From Candidatus Nitrospira inopinata (GTDB lineage Bacteria > Nitrospirota > Nitrospiria > Nitrospirales > Nitrospiraceae), in assembly GCF_001458695.1 (NCBI RefSeq), contig NZ_LN885086.1, forward strand, positions 1,590,001-1,622,000: a DNA stretch of 32,000 nucleotides, in the 5' to 3' direction. The position numbers and the translations under genes were made by a program. Shown here one piece after another: positions 17,848 through 27,400 of this stretch. Each line of letters begins with the position of its first letter. The first letter of the stretch is position 1. The notes beneath the pieces are model-generated. The model saw only the letters and a program-made list of their open reading frames with translations. It ran no database searches and had not been told where the DNA came from.

Positions 17848-18546
17848 CTATTGATCGACGAGCTTGTAGCCCAAAGACTTGATGGAGACGATGGCCTCGT
17901 TCAACAGGGGGATTTTCAGCTTGAGGCGGCGGACGTGCACGTCCACGGTTCTTGTCGTGCCGTAATAGTTGTAGCCCCATACGGCGTTGAGCAGGATGTC
18001 GCGCGTCAACACGCGGCCCGGATGGCGCAAGAGCTGCTCGAGCAAGCCGAATTCTTTGGCGGTGAGCGACACCTCTTTGTCGTTCACGGTGACTTCGTGA
18101 CGGATCGGATCCAGGACGAGCGGACCGAAGCGGAAAAACGATTGCGGATGGTCGTCCGCTCGTTCAAGACGCCGAAAAAGCGCCTTGACTCTGGCGACCA
18201 GCGCCTTGGGACTGAACGGTTTCGTCACGTAGTCGTCGGCGCCCAGCTCCAGCCCGATGATCGTATCGGATTCCTCGGATTTGGCGGTCAGCATCATGAT
18301 CGGAAGGAGCGCGGTCTCGGGGGCGTTGCGAAGTCTTTTGCAAACCTCGACTCCGTCCATTTCGGGAAGCATGAGATCGAGGATCACGAGATCCGGCTTG
18401 TCGGACTTCACGAGCGTGAGGGCCTCGACGCCGGATTGCGCGACGGTCGTGCGAAATCCCCCGTTCTCCAGATAGAGCTTCACAAGCCGGACGATGTCCG
18501 GTTCATCCTCGACGATGAGTATTTTCTTCGGCGTTCGGCTCGTCAT
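17848..18546 (-). CDS. OmpR/PhoB-family response regulator (orphan, no adjacent kinase)
   Basis: Receiver domain (ILIVEDEPDI...DLVILDLMLPEMDG...MLTAKSEESD...GADDYVTKPFSPKALVARVKALFRR) plus a winged-helix domain (RTVDVHVRRLKLKI). The receiver/linker motifs are PhoB-like. Confidence 0.9.
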   Translation of the reverse strand: MTSRTPKKILIVEDEPDIVRLVKLYLENGGFRTTVAQSGVEALTLVKSDKPDLVILDLMLPEMDGVEVCKRLRNAPETALLPIMMLTAKSEESDTIIGLELGADDYVTKPFSPKALVARVKALFRRLERADDHPQSFFRFGPLVLDPIRHEVTVNDKEVSLTAKEFGLLEQLLRHPGRVLTRDILLNAVWGYNYYGTTRTVDVHVRRLKLKIPLLNEAIVSIKSLGYKLVDQ

Positions 18547-18641
18547 GGTCCGTCGTCAGCGCGGTATCCGCGAGCAATCGATCCGAAACGGTCATCATGA
18601 TCGGGAGAATACCCGAATGATGTTACGGAACGATCAGTTTC

Positions 18642-18661
18642 CAGTAACGACGTGTAACAAG
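18642..18661. promoter_or_regulatory. Tandem GTAAC direct-repeat element (site A): CAGTAACGACG-TGTAACAAG
   Basis: GTAAC at 18644 and 18654 (10-bp period), 96 nt upstream of the regulator ATG. Near-identical to site B at 22427-22447. Confidence 0.45.
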
Positions 18662-18828
18662 TGCACGACGTCGCGCGCTCGCACCGCTCTGATTTGGAAG
18701 TGGATCGACTCGCCGGTCACGTGACCCATCGATGATCGACCTTCTGTGCGGAAGTCGATCGCTTCACGTCGAGTCGCGCTCCACCCTGATTGTCGGTCTC
18801 GGCACGAACGTTCCTGCCAGGCGCTCGG

Positions 18829-20262
18829 TCAGAGCCATGCCCGCTTCCCCCGCTTGAGGAGGGTGTTGAGCAGCTCCGGCAGTTCATCGCGGAGCAACTC
18901 TCGTCGTTGGCGCTGGCGTTCGATCAGCCTTCCCGCCACGAAGGCCGCCCGGTCGCCGCTCGATTGTTTGAAGAACGAACGGATGTAGGACTCCGCGGTC
19001 ACGGAGTCCTGATAGGCGCCCAGCACGTCCTGAACCGCCCGCGCCTGTTTGATGAACCGGGCCGCCGGCTTGCCCGCCGACCAAAGGGCCAACTCGGCGG
19101 CGTAGCGCGCGCGCTTGGTCTTGATGCGGACGGCGTGGAGGGCCGCGTCGTTCGGCTTCGGTCCGATGTGCCGCACGGCTTTCCGAAGCTTTTTGAATTC
19201 CCGTTTGGCGAGCGTTTGGAGCGTTTCGGGCGTCGCGGCCTCCACGACCGGCGGATCGTGAGCGGCCTGTTCGAGCCGATGAACGAGGTCGAAATACCGC
19301 GCGCTGTTCAATTCGCTCAGCACCGCCTGTTGAGCCTGCGCCCGTTTCGACCGCAGATGCGCCACGAATTGCGCCAGCGGTTTGCGGTCGGGCGCGTCCA
19401 ATCGGCCGATTTCTTCCTGAAAATAGGCGATTTGCACATCAAGGTCACGGGCTTGCCCCAGGCATTCGCCGAGCCAGGACAGTTCCTCCGCCAGCGATTC
19501 GTTCCAGTCGTGCGGAAGGATGGGGCGGGCGGCGCGAAGCACGGAACGCAGCCGCCTGGCGGCCACCCGCATTTGATGGAGACTCTCGCTCTCCGTCCCG
19601 AGCCTGGCGCCGGGATCGTGGGCCGTCAGCCAGCGGACGTGCCGGATCAACGTCCACTTGAGGTGATCCACGATCGGCGCGTCGGCCTCCGGCGGCTCGG
19701 CCGATTCAGGCGCAGGGAGCGACAGGGCGCGAAACAGCTTCGGCCGCCCGTCGTGATCGCGGGCGCCGGCTCGACGAACGAGACGCGCGACGTCGCGCAT
19801 CTCCTCTTCGTCGGCCTTGAGCGATTCAACTTCGAGCTCCCGAAACCGCAGGATGATGTGGCCGTCCTTGACCACCGTCACGGCGTCGAGCGACACCTCG
19901 GCGATGGGACGTCGCTTTCGTCGCACGACCATGCCGGCTCGTCGGACGCGCAGGGTGACAAGCGGAACAAGCCGGCGTTGCCTGAGGTGCAGCACAAGCA
20001 GGTCGAGCAACGTCGGCGGGGGAATAGGATGCCGACCGACGATCTCGACTTCCTGCCGGTCGTCGCACAGGGGAAGCTTGAGCTGCCAGGCCCGCTTTCC
20101 TCGCTCCACTCGATAGCGCAGCGTGATGCCCGCGTGGGTCAAATCATATGAGGGCGTGTCGTAATAGGTGGAGACGATCAACTTGGGCTGCCGGGGAGTC
20201 CCTAAGGCAGGCGGCAGGCGAAAATCGGGACCGACCGTGAATTTGATTTCGCGCTCGACCAT
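18829..20262 (-). CDS. CYTH-CHAD two-domain protein (triphosphate tunnel metalloenzyme domain + polyphosphate-associated CHAD domain)
   Basis: Start set at ATG 20262 (MVEREIKFTV, the ExExK CYTH motif). The helical C-terminal half carries LHQMRVAARRLRSVLR and VRIKTKRARYAAE, which are CHAD-like His/Arg-rich repeats. Confidence 0.8.
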   Translation of the reverse strand: MVEREIKFTVGPDFRLPPALGTPRQPKLIVSTYYDTPSYDLTHAGITLRYRVERGKRAWQLKLPLCDDRQEVEIVGRHPIPPPTLLDLLVLHLRQRRLVPLVTLRVRRAGMVVRRKRRPIAEVSLDAVTVVKDGHIILRFRELEVESLKADEEEMRDVARLVRRAGARDHDGRPKLFRALSLPAPESAEPPEADAPIVDHLKWTLIRHVRWLTAHDPGARLGTESESLHQMRVAARRLRSVLRAARPILPHDWNESLAEELSWLGECLGQARDLDVQIAYFQEEIGRLDAPDRKPLAQFVAHLRSKRAQAQQAVLSELNSARYFDLVHRLEQAAHDPPVVEAATPETLQTLAKREFKKLRKAVRHIGPKPNDAALHAVRIKTKRARYAAELALWSAGKPAARFIKQARAVQDVLGAYQDSVTAESYIRSFFKQSSGDRAAFVAGRLIERQRQRRELLRDELPELLNTLLKRGKRAWL

Positions 20263-20422
20263 GGACGTGAGACTCCGTGATCGAGTGTGAGGGAACGCAG
20301 AATGATCAACGGGCTTCATTGTCGGCGTCGGCAAAGAAGACACTTGTCAGTATCGATGAGGAAGCGGATGAACGCAAGAGACCGGAGCGTCGATCCGAAT
20401 CGGGGCATGCCGCGCCCGGTTT

Positions 20423-21238
20423 TCAGAAGTGATAGGCCGCTCCCGCCGCGACGTGAAAAATGCTGTACAGGCCGCTGATCCCGAACGTTTGATCAAGTGT
20501 GCTGACGTGGGCCAGATTGTATTTCCCCTCGGCAAACAGGGCCCAATGCTGGGTCGCCAAGTATTTGAGGCCGAACTGGGCGTTGAGGCCCGGCACGAAT
20601 TGCCGGCCATCGATTTGACCGGAACTCAGGAAATAAAATGCGCCGACGCCGACGCCGACGTAGGGTTGAACGACCGAGCCGGGGTAGCGGGCGATCAGAT
20701 TCAAGGCAAAGGTGATGACACGAAGATCCGACTCGTTCAAAGCTAGCCGTGATTTGCTGCTCACGGAGGCGGGGCAGTTGGGCGGAGGCCCGATCTGCGC
20801 ACAGTCCGTTGCTGGTGCGGGCGTGTTCGGCTGATAGGTGACCTGGTGGGAGGTATCGAGCTTCTGCGCCTTGATGTCCGGTGTGGTCGTGAACACTTCC
20901 GCTTCCACGCCGAGCCACGGCAGTTTCATGTCATTAAAAAAGTATCCGACTTTGCCCCCGTACATGGCGGCACTCTTGAGGGAGATGTCGGAGGTGGTGA
21001 ACTGCTGATAGAGGGTGCCTCGCCCGAGGGAGTTGAGCGGCTCATCGGCTTGAGGAAATTGCTGCCTGGCCAGCCGTTCGCCCCTCAAGGGCATGGTCAC
21101 GTCGTTGAAATCCCCGCCGGTACTATAGCCCCCATAGCCCGCCACGTACCATTCGGCCCGTGCCTCGCGGCCTCCGTCCAGGATCAGAATGCCGAGGGCC
21201 CCCACCACTGCCACTATCACCTGCTGGACGGATCTCAA
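20423..21238 (-). CDS. Outer-membrane beta-barrel protein (OmpA-like/OmpW-like small barrel)
   Basis: Alternating beta-strand pattern with a C-terminal ...AAGAAYHF terminal Phe. Preferred start is TTG at 21238 behind AAGAGGAGG, giving signal peptide MRSVQQVIVAVVGALGILIL...ARA. The track start at 21310 is also TTG, and an ATG at 21304 has no SD. Confidence 0.7.
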   Translation of the reverse strand: MRSVQQVIVAVVGALGILILDGGREARAEWYVAGYGGYSTGGDFNDVTMPLRGERLARQQFPQADEPLNSLGRGTLYQQFTTSDISLKSAAMYGGKVGYFFNDMKLPWLGVEAEVFTTTPDIKAQKLDTSHQVTYQPNTPAPATDCAQIGPPPNCPASVSSKSRLALNESDLRVITFALNLIARYPGSVVQPYVGVGVGAFYFLSSGQIDGRQFVPGLNAQFGLKYLATQHWALFAEGKYNLAHVSTLDQTFGISGLYSIFHVAAGAAYHF

Positions 21239-21342
21239 AGCCTGCCTCCTCTTGTTGTTGACCCTTTGATTTGATAGGCGACGATCATATAAAGCTCCGC
21301 GCATTATCAAAGAAAGCCGGTAACGGGCCCATGACGGGGTGA

Positions 21343-21359
21343 TTAACTTTCGGTTAACT
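21343..21359. repeat. Direct repeat TTAACT-N5-TTAACT (11-bp period) upstream of the OMP gene
   Basis: gaTTAACTttcggTTAACTcc, read directly in the gspC-like/OMP intergenic region. Confidence 0.6.
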
Positions 21360-21425
21360 CCTCCGCGGTCTCTTGCGCGGCCGCTTGGGGAGATTCATGG
21401 GAGTGTCGAGACCGAGAGAGAAAGG

Positions 21426-22325
21426 CTACTGCAATTCGTAGATCACCGTCGTGGGCCGGTTGTGGCGCACCACGTCGACTTTGACCACGCGTTCGTTGAG
21501 AAGCTGCTTAAAGATCGTGAGCATTTTTTCCTGATCGTGAATCTCGACCCCGTTAACGCGCTGGATGACGTCGCCGTACTGAAACCCCGCCTTGTCGAAA
21601 AAACCGGCCGGCAGCACGAAGTCAAATCGAAATCCCTGAAACGCCCCGTTTTTCAAAAAAGGGATGATATAGGCCTGCTGCATCAGTTGCGACGGATCGC
21701 CGACAGCTTGGGCCGCTTCACGGCGATCGAGGATGCGCTTGATAGTCGGGGCGAAAGGCTTAGGAGGGGGGGGAGGCGCGTAGGTGGGCGAGACGGGATG
21801 AGCGGGATCCTCCGACGGCGTGGTCAGCGGAAGCCATTCTTCTTGATCGTCTTGGCCGATGACGATGCCCTCGCAGGTGATGGAGCGAATCTCGCCGACC
21901 TCCGGAATTTCCTCATGGAGGTGAAACAGGCTCTGCTGCTTGGACGCGACGTCCTCAAGAACGGCGGAGTCGTGGCGGTCTCCCAAGACGACGCCAAGGA
22001 GCCGAACTTTCTTGGCCGCTTCAAGAGGAGGTTTCGGAGGGGCGGTCGCGAAGCCCGATTCCGCCGACCAGGTCTGCGAGGATGAGATAGGCAGTTCGAA
22101 CAGCCCGCTGTTCTTGATGGAGTCGACAAACTGCGGCGAATCGTCATCGCCGGTAAGCGACGGCTCGCCGGGCGCGAGTGTCGCCGATTCGGCGGAAGGA
22201 ATCACGGCCAATTGATGCTCGACGATCGCGTTGATCGAATGGGCCAACACGAGGGTGGCGCCGGTGACGGCTAGGATCATCAGCACGATGCGACGGAGCC
22301 TCGTCGAGTTTGTGCGTCTCAACAT
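21426..22325 (-). CDS. GspC-like protein (N-terminal TM anchor, HR-like region, Pro-rich linker, C-terminal PDZ), orphan
   Basis: MLRRTNSTRLRRIVLMILAVTGATLVLAHSINAIVEHQL, then VRLLGVVLGDRHDSAVLEDVASKQQSLFHLHEEIPEVGEIRSI (HR-like), PPPPPKP, and PDZ-like GFRFDFVLPAGFFDKAGFQYGDVIQRVNGVEI. No gspD-M genes in the window. Start is ATG 22325 or GTG 22340. Confidence 0.65.
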   Translation of the reverse strand: MLRRTNSTRLRRIVLMILAVTGATLVLAHSINAIVEHQLAVIPSAESATLAPGEPSLTGDDDSPQFVDSIKNSGLFELPISSSQTWSAESGFATAPPKPPLEAAKKVRLLGVVLGDRHDSAVLEDVASKQQSLFHLHEEIPEVGEIRSITCEGIVIGQDDQEEWLPLTTPSEDPAHPVSPTYAPPPPPKPFAPTIKRILDRREAAQAVGDPSQLMQQAYIIPFLKNGAFQGFRFDFVLPAGFFDKAGFQYGDVIQRVNGVEIHDQEKMLTIFKQLLNERVVKVDVVRHNRPTTVIYELQ

Positions 22326-22426
22326 GAAAGGTGGTCCCACCGGTCGAAGTGACCCTATGCCAATTCAGATTCAAGCTCAAGAGGAGGACAAGCGGTTTCC
22401 AGGGAATTAACGACTCCCCAAGTTGT

Positions 22427-22447
22427 CAGTAACGCCGGTGTAACAGG
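22427..22447. promoter_or_regulatory. Tandem GTAAC direct-repeat element (site B): CAGTAACGCCGGTGTAACAGG
   Basis: GTAAC at 22429 and 22440 (11-bp period). Lies in the divergent region, ~102 nt from the gspC-like ATG and ~131 nt from the tpsB ATG. Shares CAGTAACG, TGTAACA and a downstream ACGA with site A. Confidence 0.45.
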
Positions 22448-22577
22448 CAGACGATAAGAGTAGCCGTCCTTGAAGGGATTGCCGAACGGATGCGTCGGGA
22501 TCATACGGAGGAAATAGGGCGTGGATGCCGCCGGACCGGCTGAACAAGGCGGGCCTCCATTTCGAAAGTGATCAGGC

Positions 22578-24413
22578 ATGGTCAAATGGTTTGGGGGCAT
22601 GACCGTGGCGATGGGGGTCATCATAGGCATCGGCATTGCGGAAGGTCGAGCCGGGTCCGAGGTGCTCGTCCGACCCGTGCTTGCAGATGGGCCGATGATG
22701 TCGGCGTCATCGCAGTCCGTCTCGCCGTCCGACGCGACGGCGCCGTCCGAGCCGCCAGTTCAGCCTCGTTCGCGCGCCGACGAGAATCCGGCGGCGCCTC
22801 CATCGAGTGAAGGGGGGCCGGATGGCTTCACCATTCAAGAATTCGTGGTGGACGGCAGCACCCTCTTGTCGCGCGAGAAGATCGACGATGTTCTTGGCAA
22901 GTTTAAAGGGCGGGGCAAGACGATCAAAGACATCGAGCGGGCTCGAATCGAGCTGGAAAAGGCCTATCAGCAATTGGGGTACCCGACGGTCTTGGTCGTG
23001 GTGCCGGAGCAGACGGTCGAGCAGGGAACGATCAGAATGGAAGTCATCGAGGGGCGGCTGTCGAAAGTCGAAGTGACCGACAACCGCTACTTCTCCAAGT
23101 TGAACATACGCGGAAAGCTGCCGTCGGCGCGCCTGGGCGCGCTGCTCTATGAGCCGGACTTCGTCAAGCAGTTGGACGCGGTCAATGCCAATCCCGATCT
23201 GCAAGTCGCGCCCATCCTCAAGCCGGGCAGTTCGCAGGGGGACGTCGAGTTGGAACTGCGGGTCAAGGATCGGCTCCCGCTGCACGCCAAAATCACCGCG
23301 GACAACAAGGGGCCTTTCACCACCCCGCTGCATCGTCTGACGTGGGAAGCGCAATACGCCAACATGTGGGACGCCGATCATATCCTCACGCTGCAAACCA
23401 CGCAGACCCCGACGGATTGGGGAGCGGTGCAGGCCTACGGGTTCAGCTATGTGGCGCCGATCGGTTGGCCCGACCGGCTGTTGGCCGTCTATGCGTCCAA
23501 GGTCCTGAGCAATTCCGTATTGGCCGGGACGTCTCTGCCGATCAGCGGAGGGAACGTGGCGGTGGCCGGCAACGCAACCATGGCGGGGATGCGCTATCTG
23601 TTTCCGATTTTCAAAGAGAGCGCGTTCAAGCATCAGCTCTCCCTCGGGCTCGACTTCAAGCGGCTTGAGGAGACGGAAGCGACCTTCCCCGGCAACCTTG
23701 GCACGGCGCTGGTGTTGGGGCCGATTCAATATCTGCCGGCATCGATCGGTTATGCCGGCGCCTATCCCGATCGGTATGGAACCACGACGTTTAACGCCAC
23801 CGTGCTGGGGTATGTCGCGGGGCTGATTCCCGGAGGGCGAAAACAAGACTTTCGAGGAGACCCGAACAACATCGATCAGAATCCCGGCCAACGGGCTTCG
23901 TCAAGCGGGACGTTCGGCGTCATCAAAACAAGCCTCGGCCGCATGCAGCCGTTGCCGGGAGGGTTTCTCCTGTCCGGCCGTGTCGACGGCCAATGGGCGA
24001 CCGAACCGCTGATTCCCGCGGAATCCTATTTCGCCGGCGGCATGGATACCGTTCGCGGATACGTCCAAAGTTCCGCGCTCGGAGACAACGCCTTTTTCTG
24101 GCGCGCCGAGGTCTATACGCCCGATCTGCCGTCCGTTCCGTTGGATTACTTCTGGCAACGGCGCCGGAGCTCGGAATGGAAAGCAACCGTCAAATTTCTC
24201 GGATTCTACGACTATGCCCGACTGTGGGTGCAGAAGGCTCCCGCCGGGCAAACCGATCTGTTCCGCTTGGAGGGCGTGGGTGCAGGCCTTCGCCTGAGAG
24301 TCGAGCCGATCAACTTGACGCTTTCGTTCGATCAGGCCGTGGCGTTGCAAGACGCCGCGGATACCAAGAAGGGGGACACCTTCGCGCATTTCCTCTTGAG
24401 CGTCGGATTTTAA
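22578..24413 (+). CDS. Two-partner secretion transporter, ShlB/FhaC/HecB family (TpsB, Omp85 superfamily)
   Basis: 611 aa. POTRA region (FTIQEFVVDGSTLLSREKIDDVLGKFKGRGKTIKDIERARIELEKAYQQLGYPTVLVVVPEQTVEQGTIRMEVIEGRL), a beta-barrel and terminal ...LLSVGF. 17 nt upstream of tpsA. Confidence 0.9.
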   Translation: MVKWFGGMTVAMGVIIGIGIAEGRAGSEVLVRPVLADGPMMSASSQSVSPSDATAPSEPPVQPRSRADENPAAPPSSEGGPDGFTIQEFVVDGSTLLSREKIDDVLGKFKGRGKTIKDIERARIELEKAYQQLGYPTVLVVVPEQTVEQGTIRMEVIEGRLSKVEVTDNRYFSKLNIRGKLPSARLGALLYEPDFVKQLDAVNANPDLQVAPILKPGSSQGDVELELRVKDRLPLHAKITADNKGPFTTPLHRLTWEAQYANMWDADHILTLQTTQTPTDWGAVQAYGFSYVAPIGWPDRLLAVYASKVLSNSVLAGTSLPISGGNVAVAGNATMAGMRYLFPIFKESAFKHQLSLGLDFKRLEETEATFPGNLGTALVLGPIQYLPASIGYAGAYPDRYGTTTFNATVLGYVAGLIPGGRKQDFRGDPNNIDQNPGQRASSSGTFGVIKTSLGRMQPLPGGFLLSGRVDGQWATEPLIPAESYFAGGMDTVRGYVQSSALGDNAFFWRAEVYTPDLPSVPLDYFWQRRRSSEWKATVKFLGFYDYARLWVQKAPAGQTDLFRLEGVGAGLRLRVEPINLTLSFDQAVALQDAADTKKGDTFAHFLLSVGF

Positions 24414-24430
24414 CGCGATCGGAGCAATAC

Positions 24431-27400
24431 ATGGGATCGACCGGGAGAGCGACCAAACGATGGGAAACGGCCGTTCGGAAAGCAACCGTCGGATGGACCG
24501 CGACGGGGATGCTGGCGTGGGGACTCTCAGCAGGTCTCGCCGTTCCGCTCCACGCGGAGGTCGTCATCACGGATGTGGTGCACGGCAGGGTGGAGGTCCG
24601 CCCGCCGCAGACCCAGCTTGACGGTCGAATCAGAACCGACGTCGTGCAGTCCACGGCTCGGGCGATCGTGCACGCGAGCGATTTCAACATCGCGCCCAAT
24701 CACGTGGTCAACGTGATTCAACCGAACGCGTCGGCCTGGATGCTGGCCCGCGTGTTTGGACCGGCGACCCACATTGACGGCGCACTTAATGCCACCGGCT
24801 CGCTCATTCTTCTCAATCCCAACGGAGTCTTGATTGGACCGACGGGCCAAGTGAACGTCGGCGGCCTCTTCGCCGCCTCGACGTTGGCGATGAGCAACGG
24901 CAACTTCCTCAACGGCGTTTACCTGTTTCAGGACAGTGGAACGAACGGCGTTATTCGCAATGCGGGAGCGATCAACGCGGGCGTGGAGGGGGTCTATCTC
25001 TTCGCGCCGAACGTGGAGAACGCCGCCACCGGCGTCATCACGAGCGCCAACGGGCACGTGACGTTGGGAGCGGGGAGAACGGCGTTTCTCTCCAATCGGC
25101 CTGACGGCAGGGGGTTTTTGGCGGAAGTGACGGCGCCAGCCGGCGAGGCGCTGAATCTGGGCCAATTGTTGGCCGACGGCGGTCAGGTGACGTTGGCTGG
25201 GCGGGTCGTCAATCAGGGCAATCTGGTTCAGGCCAACAGCGTCGTGCAGCGCAACGGCCGAATCGAACTGATCGCGAGCGAGCGGATCACTCTGCAAGCC
25301 GGCAGTCGCACGAGCAGTACGGGCGGCGAGGTCGGCGCCCATGGCGGCACGATCGTGGCGCGCGCGGCCGATCGCGATGCAGGCGGAACTCGCATCAACG
25401 GCGCGGTGACCGTTGAAGCCGGGGCGGTTGTGGACGTCGGCCCCGCTGCCGGAGGCGTCGCCGGAGAGGTGTGGCTCGGCGGGACCGTGACGGCCAACGG
25501 CCTGGTCCATCGGCTGATTCCCAATCAAGTCACGCTCGGCGACGGTCAGCTCTTGGCCTTGGCGTCAAATTTGGGACGGGGAGAAGTCAACGTGTTGGCG
25601 ATGGATGACATTCACGTAACCGTCGGCCCGTCGGCTCCTCTCGATTTTTTGGCGATTCCCTCGGGGCAGAGGGGGACCTTCCATCTGCACGCGGGCCGTA
25701 ACCTCACCTGGACCAACAGCCGATTTGCCAGCGAGGGGGTTCCATGGAACATCGTCGCCAGGGCGGGGAACGATGTGACCGTCAACGCCAGCGAAGTCAG
25801 CACGGCGGGCGGGGCCTCCATTCATCTCCATGCGGGGCGGGATCTTTCCTTGGTCGATGGAAGCTTGACCTTTGCTCGCGTGCACACCGCGAATCTTGGC
25901 CATGAAATTCTCGGGGGCGATATCAGCCTCACGGCCCTGCGGGATATTGTGGCTCCGAGTCCGTTCGAACGGTATAGCGACGGGGTTTCTCTGCCGGGCA
26001 TTCACGTTGGACTCCCCGGCAACTTAACGATTCGCGCCGGGCAAGATCTCCGAGGGCCGGCATCGCCGAATCCGACGGTCAGGCCTCGAGCGTTCGGCTT
26101 TACCCTGCAAGGCGGGATTGCCGACGTAGCGGCGGGGCGCGATATTGGAAGTGACACAGCGCCTGTCAATCTGGTTCTTGGAGGGTTCACGGACAATGGC
26201 GACGGGACCTATACTGTGCCGGCAGCGGCTGCAAATCTCAATGCGGGCCGGTCGATCTATTTTAGCCTCGCGGAAGATTTCGGCCTGCGGGAAGCAGGGG
26301 TCTTGACGGCCAATGGAACGACGAGAATCGATGCCGGCACGGTGCTGAGGGCTCCATTGATCACCACAACCAGGACCGATGAATCGACAGGGTTGCCGAT
26401 TCACATTTTACCGACTCAATTAAACCTCGCAGCGCGGACCGGTGACGTGCTCATCCAACAGGATCGGCCGACCGGGGTATTCGCCAATGAACGAAGGCTG
26501 CTCCCCTCGGTCTTTTCCGCCAGGGCCGATCAAGGGAACGTGACTTTTGTAACCGGCAGCTCCCCACTGCGATTCTGGCCCTCGAACGAAGGGCGGATCC
26601 AGATTCATGCGCATCAGGCGATCAGGGGATTGGGGCCGTTGCAAACCGTGCCCGATCAAAATTCCGTGCTGATCTTTACCGGCCTCCCCAGCGATCCAGC
26701 CGCCCGCTGGGTTCGCGTCAGCCGAAGCGAAGCGTTGGCGGATCCCTTGTTGGCAAGGTGGTTTTACCAATGGGGAGACCTCAGCTTCGTAAATGGAAGC
26801 CCCGTGAGCCCCCTTCCTCCCGGTCTCGTCGGCTTGCCCCCGGCAAGTATTCGTGAGAAACCCCTCATCCTGCAGCGAAGCACATCCCCCGGGATTGTCA
26901 CATTGTACCCAGGCGACATCCGATCATTGGTGGGAGGAGATGTCACCGAACAAACCTTGGGGGTGGCTCTTCAAACTTCTGCGCCGAGCTCGGTCGGCCG
27001 AGGCATGACCATCGCCATGTCAACGGAGGAGGGGGATATTACCTCGTTGCAGCTCAATTTTCTGAGCCCGTTTTTGAGACAAACCACCATCAGTTCCGGG
27101 GGCGATATTCGGAGCGTCCTGCTCAATATCTCCACGCCGCAATTGCCGGGTGACCGGCCGTCGGCGATCGTTCATGCCGGGGGCTCGATCGATTTAACGA
27201 GAGTGCCGGGTTTCAATACATCGGGTATCCGGTTTTTCGGCAATGGGACTGCGGAAGTCCGCGCCAACGGGAATCTGAATTTGGGCGACAGTTTTGGAAT
27301 CGTCCATCTGCTTGGCAATACCCGTGATGCGGTCGCCCAACGAAGACAAGGAGGAGTATTGGACATCGGAATCGGCGGGCGCATCGAGATGACCCAATCT

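Noticed and set aside
23993-24430. N-terminal 146-aa extension of the TpsA ORF in the track.
   Set aside because: It overlaps the 3' end of tpsB in another frame and is Arg-rich nonsense. The ATG at 24431 has a GGAG SD and yields a proper TpsA signal peptide.
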